Positions 1 through 9,371 of a stretch of 64,000 bases of DNA are shown in pieces; positions within the stretch are counted from its first letter, which is position 1; each line of letters opens with the position of its first letter. The stretch is from Rebecca billardiae RCC1528 (lineage: Eukaryota; Protista; Haptophyta). Both the position numbers and the translations under genes were made by a program. The stretch spans positions 2,542,001-2,606,000 of the forward strand of contig OZ251225.1 of the NCBI GenBank assembly GCA_965240325.2, in the 5' to 3' direction. The notes under the pieces were generated by a model. That model was not told the origin of the DNA. It searched no databases and worked only from the letters and a program-made list of their open reading frames with translations.

Positions 1-109
1 CCTTGCCGTGCCAGCTGCAGGACACCGGCCCGCGTTCGCGAAGGCGCGCGACACGGGCGGACTCGTTCGGACTCGGACGCCCGCCGCCTCGCGGCGCGTA
101 GCGAGAGAG

Positions 110-1547
110 ATGACCAGACTGCTCGCGCTCGTGTTGCTGCTGTGCGCGGCGCGGGCGCGCGCTTGGAGGGCATCGTCCGTGCCCTCCCGGTCCATGGCCA
201 TCAGCCGGCACGCCGAAGCGCGCCGGCACCTCGTTGCGGCCACACCGGCGCCAGGCACGAGCCCGCGCACGCTCTCAGATGTTGAGCACGCCTTCTTCGA
301 GCGCTACGCAAAGCCGCTGTACCCGCCGTACTCGACGATGGTGGACGAGATCCTCAGCAGCCTCGCGCTCACGCTGTGCGACTCGCGCTTCGAGTACTCC
401 AAACTCTTCGCGCTCGGGCTGAGCACGCTCATGCGCCAGGCGCTCGTTATCCCGCCGACGCTCATCGCCGGCGCGCCGGTGCGCGAGCCAAACATCGAGC
501 TCGCGGAGGCGGTGTGCGAGGCGCTCGAGCTGAAGCGCGCGCAGATAGAGGAGGATGCCAAATGTGCGCGCCGCGCGCGCCGAGCGGCCGCCCAGCGCGC
601 CTGCGGGCGCCGCCGTGCCACGCGCGGCTCACACGCGACGCGCGCTGCGCGCTGTCGCGCGACGCGCACCTCGCGCGCGCACGCAGCCGTGCGCAACTGG
701 GCATCGGGCATGACGGAATCGCAGATCCTCGAGGTCATGCGCGCCAGCGACGCGGAAGTCGACGCGGCCTCGACGGCCGACGCCGAAGCAGCCGACGCGA
801 GTGCCCCCGAGCCTGCCGCCGACGCGCCCGCCCCCGCGGCTGCCACCCCGGGGCCACGGCCCCTTGGCCGGCTACGCTCGCTGTTCGGTGGCGGGCACGG
901 CGGCGAGATCGCGCGCGAGCTGCGCGGGCTGGCGCAGGCGAAGTACCCCTTCTACCACCGCTGCATCGGCCTCGGCCTCTTCGCGCTGATGGAGCAGTGC
1001 GACGCGTCCCCCAGGCTCGCGGCCGTGAGCCGCTGGGCGACCGCACTCGGCGTCAAGGAGTCGAAGCTTCGCAAAGACTACGAGTGGCAGTTCGACGCGC
1101 TCGAGCGCATCCTGGAGACGGAGGAGCGCCGGCTGGTGCGCGCGGCGCGCTGCCGGCCCGCCCCGCCCGCGCGCGCTCCTCGCGCGCCCACGCGCCGCGC
1201 GCCGTGCCGCGCCGCCGCGCGCGGACGGCGCTCACGAGACGAGTTGCGGGGCCGCGCCGCTGCACGCACGCGCGCGCGGCGCCTTGGCCGCGCGGCCGCA
1301 GGAGGAGGACGTCCGCAAGCTGCAGAAGCGCGCCGACGCGCTCCTGCACGAGGCGGAGGCGGCTCGGCGCGCGGCGGACGAGGCCGAGGGCATCGCGCCG
1401 CCGCCCCCGCCTGCCGCACCGCCCCAGCCCACGCCCGAGACGGCCGAGCAGGCTGCGGCAGCGGCTGAGCTCGGCCAGGCGCTGGCTGATGTCGAGGGCC
1501 TGGGCGAGCCGGGCGCGGACAAGCCGGGGAGTGGCGCGCAGGACTGA
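110..1547 (+). CDS. THF1: Thylakoid formation 1 / Psb29 family protein with bipartite plastid-targeting leader; exons 110-563, 687-1135, 1302-1547
   Basis: TLSDVEHAFFERYAKPLYPPYSTMVDEIL...FEYSKLFALGL and FYHRCIGLGLFALME match Psb29/THF1 motifs. Signal peptide MTRLLALVLLLCAARARA is followed by W. Removing GT..AG introns 564-686 and 1136-1301 deletes Arg/Ala-rich junk and restores the frame to TGA at 1547. Confidence 0.8.
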
Positions 1548-2865
1548 GGCGGGGGGTGGCTCGCCGCCCTCGCGCCCTGCACCGGCACGTCGCGCACACG
1601 AGCACCCGCGGCTGGCGTCGAGGCGTGGCCCAGCGGTGCCGCCCTGTGTCTCCGAACTCGCCCCGCCTTGTCGCGGCGCAACGTGGACCTCGTTGCAACA
1701 ATGCCACTGGGCCCGCGCTGGAATCACGGCGGACAGTCGCGCGGACCGCCCGCCGCCGTGACGCGGCAACACGGCCCTCCCCGTCGTGCGAACGAGCCAG
1801 CAGCAGGGGCGGCGAAGGCATCCGACAGCGATGAGCGACGTGTACGCTAGGCGCCACGTGACGTCACTTCATCGTCCTGCAATCTGCGCAGCCACTCAGT
1901 GGCCCGTGCCGTGGCGTTGCCGCCCCCGACCCCCGGCCCGGCCCCGAGCAGGAGTGAGCCGAGGAGCCGGAGCCTGCCTGAGTGCACGCCTGAGGCCCGA
2001 GCCCGAGGCCGAGAATAAAAGTGACTCGCGAGCAGACTCTGAAGTCATCCAGGCTGCATTCTGCAACTCTCCCGGACCCGGCGGTCCCGGCCTCGGTCTC
2101 GGAGGCGGCCAGTCGGCAACGGTGCCAACGGCCACGGGCCGGGCCGCGGTCGGCGGTAAATTACGGGCCGCCGCCGCACGGCGCGGGCCGCGCGTTGGCA
2201 GCGCATCCCGGCTACTCCGCCGCCCGCGCGTCAGCGTGTCTATTATTACTATACTGTCTGCGTGACACTGACAGTCACTCTTAGTCCGTGACACTGACAG
2301 TCACAGTGATGAGTGAGTGAGTGAGACGTCTGTGCCGACTGAGAGACTCACTCAAGCTCTGCACTCACCCGGCGGCGGGTCCCGGCACAGTTACGGCCGT
2401 GTTAATAATACTATTTATTATAATAAATACTAGGACCATTAACTACCACGGCCGCAGGACGGCAGGTACAGCGACGTCTCCTGACTAAGCTGCAATCGGA
2501 TTCATCCGAGCATTTCGGGTCATGGTAGTCGGCGCGTGACGACAGACAGACCGGCGGACGATGATCATGATGCGGTGATGATCAATGAACTACAGCGTCG
2601 ACAAAGCCGACTGCCCGACAGGCGACGACGGGCACGACGGCGTGCACCGTGATCCGTGTGCGCAGCGCTGCGCGGCAGCGCACTCGCGTCATTAACGGTT
2701 GGCGGGGAAAAACAAATCGGACCGCATTGAGATATTCGAATTACCGCCGGAAAGGCGGCGCGCGCAAGCCGTGGCGTCCGTGGGCTGCCTCGTCGGCGGC
2801 GCGCAAGGCAAGCCCTGGACTCCGCGTTTGAGCACAACCGCATCCGCGGAGGGCCCGCGGCGGCG

Positions 2866-3966
2866 ATGGTGCGACACATGACAGCGATGGGCGCTGCCGT
2901 CGCGCTGGTCGGCGTTGTACTCACCGTGCTCGGGCTCAACTGGATGAAGCACGTCGGCGACGGCGAGTCGCGGCCATGGCGCCTCGGGCACCGCAAGGCC
3001 GCACTCTGGTTCCTCTCGTTCTGCGCGTGGGGCGTGGGGCAGCTGCTGCAGGTCGTCGGGCTGTGGCTCGCGCCGGAGTCGGTGGTCGCGACGGTCGCGA
3101 ACTGCGCGACCGTGCTGAACGCCCTCATCGCGAGCCGCCTCTTCGGCGAGCGCTTTTCCATCCTCCCGCCTTCGGGCCGTGGTCCGTGCTCGTGCCTGTG
3201 CGGCTGGGATCTCCTGTCCGTGATCATGCTGACCGGCGGAGCATGCCTGGTCGTGGTGTGCGCGCCGGTGCTTCACGAGGCGTCGTACACGGCCGCGCAG
3301 GTCGTGCGCATCCTGCTCGGCCGCCCGTTCCTCGTCACGCTCGCGATCACGCTTGCAGCAGGCGCGGGCGGCAGCGCTCGCATAGCGGCAGACAAGGGCA
3401 CGCCTGAGGGCAAAACGACACCCAACGACCCGGCGCTCGGCCTGGCCTACGGCGCAGTGGCCGGCGTGACTGGCTCGCTCTCATTCACCGCCACCAAGCT
3501 GTGGCTCCTCCTCGCCAGCGCCGCCCTCGGCGGCAGCGGCAGCGCGAGCGCGTGGCGCCACCCGGTCGCGTGGGTGTGCCTCGCCTCCTCCGCGCTCACC
3601 ACCTTCGCCAACATGGTGGCGCTCTTCGCCGGGATGGCGTCGCAGGAGGCGCTGGTGGTGATCCCGACGTACTACATCGCGCAGACGGTACTCACCGCGC
3701 TGCAGGAGCTCGCGCTCTTCTCGCTGTACCCCGAGCTGCTCGCTGAGCCGCTTGAGTTTGCCGGCTTCAGCGCTGGCATAGCCCTGTGCGTGTGGGGTGT
3801 CGCGTCGTCCGGCCAGCGGCCACGGTCTGACGCGCCTGAAGGGCGCGGGCTGCTGCGCGTAAGCGTGTTTGGCCCATGGCGTGGGCTGCAGGAGCCGCTC
3901 TCCACGCCGCATGACGGCGCTGTGGACCAGCCAAGGAGGGCTGGCGGTGACATCACACAAGCCTAA
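2866..3966 (+). CDS. NIPA-like magnesium transporter (DMT superfamily)
   Basis: About 9 hydrophobic segments. Motifs LTVLGLNWMK, GLWLAPESVVATV, LNALIASRLFGERF and EALVVIPTYY resemble Mg_trans_NIPA. Start is ATG 2866 or 2878. Confidence 0.75.
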   Translation: MVRHMTAMGAAVALVGVVLTVLGLNWMKHVGDGESRPWRLGHRKAALWFLSFCAWGVGQLLQVVGLWLAPESVVATVANCATVLNALIASRLFGERFSILPPSGRGPCSCLCGWDLLSVIMLTGGACLVVVCAPVLHEASYTAAQVVRILLGRPFLVTLAITLAAGAGGSARIAADKGTPEGKTTPNDPALGLAYGAVAGVTGSLSFTATKLWLLLASAALGGSGSASAWRHPVAWVCLASSALTTFANMVALFAGMASQEALVVIPTYYIAQTVLTALQELALFSLYPELLAEPLEFAGFSAGIALCVWGVASSGQRPRSDAPEGRGLLRVSVFGPWRGLQEPLSTPHDGAVDQPRRAGGDITQA

Positions 3967-5137
3967 CTTGTCGTGCGACGCTGCACAAGCAGCCAGGTTG
4001 GCCAGCCAGGACTTTGGGCGCCTGCGAGCCGGCCGGAGGTGGCCGGTGGGTGACTGGGGGACGCCTGGGCGGGGTGTGCCGTGTGGGCACGCGGAACAGC
4101 CAAACACGGATGCTGGTGCGGGCAGATCGTGCGCCGCGGGGGCGATGTGCTCAACGGTTTATTTACGTTATTCTGCTGCGCTGCGTCAGCACTGCGCTGC
4201 GGGCGCTGCGGCTGGCAGCTAGTATAGACTAGTTATGAGCTATACAAAGCTCAGATGCTCGTAAGTCGTCGGGTCACGTTCAGCTGTGTCACTCATCAGG
4301 CACTCTCACTCACGCCCACGGCTCCGCGACCCGCGCGCCGTGAGCGGTGCCAGGCGGAGTCAATTCCGCGCTAGACGAGCCTACGGACCGAGCGAGTCAC
4401 AACACACTACCAAAAAAAAACACGGGCACGGGCACGCAGCCCGCCCAACCGTGCCAGGTGGACGGTGCCGGTGGGCAGTCACGACTGGCACGAGTCACGA
4501 GTGCGGACTGCCGCTGCGGTCAGCGGTGGCGCAGCGGGCCTGCCGTGGGCCGCGTGGCACTCGTGGCAGCCGAGCCCGTGAAAGCCTGCGCCTGCAACGA
4601 GTGCGAACTCAGCACGAGAGTGCCCGGCCCGGCGGCCCCGCTGACAAGTTACGACGGAGTGCGGGTGGCACGGGGTCTGCCGGTCTGTCGGGGTCTCACG
4701 GTGCCGCCGAGCCGTTGTCCTTGACGGTACCGGGTTAGGAAGGAGTACCGTGCCAACGGTGAGTGCAGCTCGGCTCAGTGCCAATTTGCGTCCGCAGGCC
4801 GCTGTGCGGTCAGCCGCGCTGGCAACGACTCATCCGGGATATCATTAATGCGCGCATGGCCATGCTAACTACGACGGTGCCATCAATAATATATATTCGC
4901 GATCGTTGTCGTTGGCACTATTTGAAATCACGGCGCGGTACGTTGTCGAATAACAGCTAGGCGACGACTGCTGTGAATGAAGTGCTCTGCGGTCGACGTC
5001 GGTCGTAGCACTCCTGGGGCCTGGCAGTGAGTCCTGCCGGTCCGACTCTGACAAGTCTGAGCCCAGCCTGCCGCGCTCTTAGCAATGACTTGCTGCAGCT
5101 GGCTGCTAGTCGACTGGGTCGTCCACCAGCCGCGTCG

Positions 5138-7498
5138 TCAGCGCCGCGCGAAGCTGTCCGACGTCTGGCTCGCGCGCACCTCGGCCACTTCGGTGCGGAG
5201 CAGGCGCATCTCCTCGAGCAGCTCGCGCAGCATCGACGCGTTCACAGACTGAGAGTCCTCCCGCTCCGGGCTGAGCGGACGGGCCGCGCCGGCCGAGGGG
5301 TTCGCCGGCGCCGTGGGGATAGGCATGGCGAGTTGGAAGCCCTTGGGGAGGTCGTCGTCCGAGTCGGCGCCGTTGGCCTTGCCCGGGCTGCCAGATCGCG
5401 CGCTCTCCCCCGAGGGCGCGGGCGCGGCGCCGGTCGGGTGCACGCGCACGTGCGCTCCGTCCGGCCCGTCCAGCAGCTCGCTGCTTGCGCGCAGCGAGAG
5501 CGACGCGCCGCGCAGCTCGGCCTTGGTCTCGGTCGGCGAGACCGAGGCGGGGCGGATGATGGACGCGGAGCTGCGGTTGGCGGGCAACTTCGAGCCGCCG
5601 CCGTCCATCGAGCGCGGCGAGACCATCGCCGCGCGCATGCGCCCGGCGAGGTGCTCGCTCTCCGCCGCCTCGACGGCCATGCGCGCCGCGCGCCGAGCGG
5701 CGGCGTCCGCGAGCAGGTGCGCTCGCTTGCGCTCCTCCTGCGGCCTGCGCTTGGCGCGCTCCGCGTCGGTCGCGAGCAGCTTATGCGCCTGCTCCGTCAG
5801 CGCGAGCTCAAGCTCGGGCGCCAGGCGCACCAGCGCGGCCACCGACGGGCGGCGCAGCTCGTACAGCTGCACGTTGGTGTACGCGATCACCGACGCCGAG
5901 CGGCGCGCATCCTCGACCACGAGCGAGATCTCGCCAAAGTAGTCGCCGCGGTGCAGCAGGTTGATGAGCGAGGGCGGCGAGTCGGCGGTGACGACGGCGA
6001 CGGTGCCGGAGTGCACGAAGAACATGCCGCTGCCCACCGTGCCTGCCGCCACGATCGTCTCCCCCGCGCAGTGCAGCGAGAGGTGGAGCGCGTTCAGCAG
6101 CTGCTGCACGATCGCGCCGTCGAGCGCGGCGAACATGGGCACTTCGCTCAGCATGTTGCCGAGCAGGAAGGACTGCACGTCTGTGCGCAGCTGCGGCGGG
6201 AGCTCGGCGAGGACGGAGTGCACGTCGAAGCCCTGACTCACCTCCCACTCGAGCTGCACGTGGTTGTGCACGCGCAGCCGCAGCGCGGGCGGCAGACCCG
6301 AGAAGCGCAGGAACGCGTCGAAGCGCGCCTGCTTGGCCGCGTGCGCCTTGCGGTGCACGTCCAGCCCGTCGATCAGCGTGGTGATCGTGCCGAAGAGCAC
6401 GCTCTGCAGCACGGCAAAGAGCACGAAGCAGATGGTCGCGTACACGCGCTCGTCCGCGCTCACGGGCACCAGGTCGCCGTACCCCACCGTCGTCGCCGTC
6501 GTCGCCGCCCAGTAGAGCGACGCTAGGTACGCCTCCGCCATCGGCGCGCTCGTCAGCCCAAATTCGCCGATCCACGAGCTCGAGTCGTAGCCCGGCGCGG
6601 CGTCGGCGGCGTCGGCGGCGGCGTGGCCGCGGAGCGAGCCAACGAGCCAGAAGAAGCAGCCCAGCGTGTGGATCATCCCCGCGTAGCACCAGAACAGCGG
6701 CACGACGCGCCGAATCCGCCCGAGCGCGCCGCCGGGCGCGCGGCCGCCGCTGAGCCCCTCTCGTGCCTCCGAGGACGCGCCGCGGAACATGCGCGAGCAG
6801 CGCAGCACCTTTGCGAGCCCCAGCAGCTTGAGCGCGGGGAGCATGTCGCCCGAGTACCGCATGACCAGCACCGTCGGCGGGCCGATCGCGAGCACGTCCA
6901 CCGCGAGCCACGAGCGCGCGTACCGCGCGAGCACGTGGGCGGGCCGGCTCTCGAGCAGCCAGTGCGCCTGCGTGTCGGCGACGTCCATCTCGACGGGGCT
7001 GACCGCCGCCGAGCGCGCCGGCAGGTGCAGGTAGACCGCCGTCATGCACCACACGAAGATGTCCAGCAGCCACAGCACGTCGAGGAGCAGGCCGACCGAG
7101 GCGAGGTTGGTGCGCGTGTGCGGCAGGGCCGTGTGCACAAACGCAATCTCGAGCGGCACAAAGAAGACGCCAAAGGCGGTCACGGCCGCCATGAGCCTGT
7201 CCCAGAGCAGGCGCAGCTCCGAGTCGGGGTGGAGGAGCTTCCCCGAGGTGAGCTCGTCCGAGAGCGCCGCGAGCCGCATGAACTGCTGCGGCGACTTTTG
7301 CAGCTGCTCGATCTCGTCGATCACCTTGGGCGCGAGCAACGTCATCGCCGAGTACCGGCGGCGGGAGCTGCCCGAGATTTTGCGGCGGCGGGAGGCGGGG
7401 AGGGTCGACATGCGCCGAAGGATGCCGGGCGGGCGCGGCCGCGGCCCGGTGCCGCCCCGCTCGCCCAGGCCGCCGCTGGGCATGGCGTTTGGCGGCAT
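5138..7498 (-). CDS. Cyclic-nucleotide-binding-domain voltage-gated K+ channel (KCNH/CNG/plant Shaker-like)
   Basis: LHPDS..WD at S1, basic S4 (KLLGLAKVLRCSRMFR), pore YWAATTATTVGYGD, C-linker, CNBD (GMFFVHSG, GDYFGEISL, RRSASVIA). Single exon. The ORF is open to 7642; ATG 7498 chosen as start, which is uncertain. Confidence 0.9.
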   Translation of the reverse strand: MPPNAMPSGGLGERGGTGPRPRPPGILRRMSTLPASRRRKISGSSRRRYSAMTLLAPKVIDEIEQLQKSPQQFMRLAALSDELTSGKLLHPDSELRLLWDRLMAAVTAFGVFFVPLEIAFVHTALPHTRTNLASVGLLLDVLWLLDIFVWCMTAVYLHLPARSAAVSPVEMDVADTQAHWLLESRPAHVLARYARSWLAVDVLAIGPPTVLVMRYSGDMLPALKLLGLAKVLRCSRMFRGASSEAREGLSGGRAPGGALGRIRRVVPLFWCYAGMIHTLGCFFWLVGSLRGHAAADAADAAPGYDSSSWIGEFGLTSAPMAEAYLASLYWAATTATTVGYGDLVPVSADERVYATICFVLFAVLQSVLFGTITTLIDGLDVHRKAHAAKQARFDAFLRFSGLPPALRLRVHNHVQLEWEVSQGFDVHSVLAELPPQLRTDVQSFLLGNMLSEVPMFAALDGAIVQQLLNALHLSLHCAGETIVAAGTVGSGMFFVHSGTVAVVTADSPPSLINLLHRGDYFGEISLVVEDARRSASVIAYTNVQLYELRRPSVAALVRLAPELELALTEQAHKLLATDAERAKRRPQEERKRAHLLADAAARRAARMAVEAAESEHLAGRMRAAMVSPRSMDGGGSKLPANRSSASIIRPASVSPTETKAELRGASLSLRASSELLDGPDGAHVRVHPTGAAPAPSGESARSGSPGKANGADSDDDLPKGFQLAMPIPTAPANPSAGAARPLSPEREDSQSVNASMLRELLEEMRLLRTEVAEVRASQTSDSFARR

Positions 7499-7843
7499 AG
7501 GGGGTGACGCCCGGCCCGGGCGCGCGGCCGGGCGGCTTTGTGTGGACGACACCCTCGCTGTGGAGGTTCTTGGCTTCTTGCGGGCTCGAGGAGTCGAGGG
7601 GGCCGGCCTCGGCCGCCCGAACGCCCGAACGCGTAACATCACACCCCCATTGAACTTGGGTTACTAGTGAGCAGTAGTGGTAGTAAAGTACAGTGCGGTT
7701 GCGAGTGTGATACGACGACTATGCGAGTTACCCACGAACATATGGCGGTTACGATTTCTGTACTCCTCGTTCATTCATAGATGATCATACGGTCAACGGG
7801 AGCTGCAAACCCCTGGGTGGGCGAGAACGCCCCCGACGACACG

Positions 7844-8578
7844 ATGAAGTCGAAGACGATCGCGGTGGTGTTCGGTACGCTCGGTGGCATGAGCGACGTG
7901 GGGAAGTTCGCGCTGCAGCGCGCGAGGTCGCTCGGCTTGGACGTGCGCGCTGTCACCCTCTACGACGGCCGCACGCAGCAGGCTGGAGGTTTCGAGGTGG
8001 CGAACGTGAAGGACGAGCAGCTCCGAGCGCAGCTGAGCGAGGCCCTGCTCGCCACCCCAGTAACCCAGCTGAATATCGCATCGGAAGAGGCGCAGGGCGT
8101 CATTCAGGAGGCGCTTTCCGGTGCGGATGCCGTCATTGCAAGCTTTGGTTCGCGCCAATCTGAGCTGCCTTGCTACCTGGGGCTCGGCATCCGCAAGGTT
8201 GTCGCAGCGATGAAGGCAGAGAGCGTCGAACGCCTTGTGTGCCTGTCGTCGTTTGGCATCGGTGACGACTTTATGCCCATCTCGCCCATCAAGCTTCTGT
8301 GGGGCACCATGCTGCGCGTTGGAATGCGAAGGACCAAGGCGGACCTCGAGGAGATGGAGGCTGCCGTGATGGCGAGCTCGCTGGACTATGTGCTCGTCCG
8401 GCCAATGGCCATCCTCCCAGAAGAGCCCGTCACAGGCTCGTACGATGCCGTCTCGGATCGCGGGCAAGGACGGCTGCGATTGTCGGTTGCGAAGAGTGAT
8501 GTTGCAAAGTGCCTCGTTGACGAGGCCGTCGAGCCTACGTTTCACCGCGCTGCCATCACCGTCGGCAAGCGCCCGTGA
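7844..8578 (+). CDS. NAD(P)H-binding atypical SDR (flavin reductase/BLVRB-like, NAD_binding_10)
   Basis: Gly-rich N-terminus VVFGTLGGMSDVG, GADAVIASFG, RLVCLSSFGIGD, LDYVLVRP, SVAKSDVA. An upstream ATG at 7781 is also in frame. Confidence 0.8.
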   Translation: MKSKTIAVVFGTLGGMSDVGKFALQRARSLGLDVRAVTLYDGRTQQAGGFEVANVKDEQLRAQLSEALLATPVTQLNIASEEAQGVIQEALSGADAVIASFGSRQSELPCYLGLGIRKVVAAMKAESVERLVCLSSFGIGDDFMPISPIKLLWGTMLRVGMRRTKADLEEMEAAVMASSLDYVLVRPMAILPEEPVTGSYDAVSDRGQGRLRLSVAKSDVAKCLVDEAVEPTFHRAAITVGKRP

Positions 8579-9371
8579 CTAAGCTATGCCTATGAGTATA
8601 TGACTATGATCGTGCGGCCTTCTGAATCGGTGGGCCCATCTGGACTGGCGGCCCGTGTGACTCCGAAGCCTCACTGAGTGACTCTCCGAAGACCGCTTCG
8701 GAGTCGATCAAAAACGCAACACCGCCGTACTCGCTAGCTACTGCCCGGCAGCAGCAGGCAGCCGGTTCGGCCCGCGGACGGTCACTGGGCAGCAGAACGT
8801 GATGCACCGTCTGCCAGTGCGGGGGCCCGCGGAGAGTGCCGACGACACTGTCACTGACCGTCCGTGGGCGACTGGGCGTGTGTAACCCGCCGGTGCGGTT
8901 CCGCATTATCACACGGTCCGCGACTCCGAGATCCGATATACGGCTGACGGAGCTTGCCGCATAGTGTCTCAGAGTTGCCGCCTTGGCGCGCCTGGGGGCG
9001 GGCGGGGCGGCCTGGGCTGATTATTACGGCCCGATTGCGCGGCACGTCTCACGTCAGTCTCAAGTCTGTCGTCACTCGTCTGACGTCATCACGTCATTCT
9101 CCCGCACCGCCGGCGCGGTCAGCGCCGGGGTCGGGAGTGACGCCGTCCGACACTCGAGAGTAACAGCTAGTCGCAGCAGAATAATATATATCAGATAGTA
9201 AGTAGGACGAAGTGCTGCCTGCTGGCAACTTGTGAAGCAGTGATGACTAGCTGACAGTGCGGCGCTGCTGCGTTCGAAACGTAAACGACTCGTTAGTCGT
9301 TTCCAGCACGCCGAGCCCGGACCGTCATCCGTGTGCGCACGCATCAGCGGCTGCGACTGATCATCGTGCCA

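Noticed and set aside
5027-6526. 499-aa plus-strand ORF
   Set aside because: Antisense shadow of the K+ channel caused by GC-rich codon bias.
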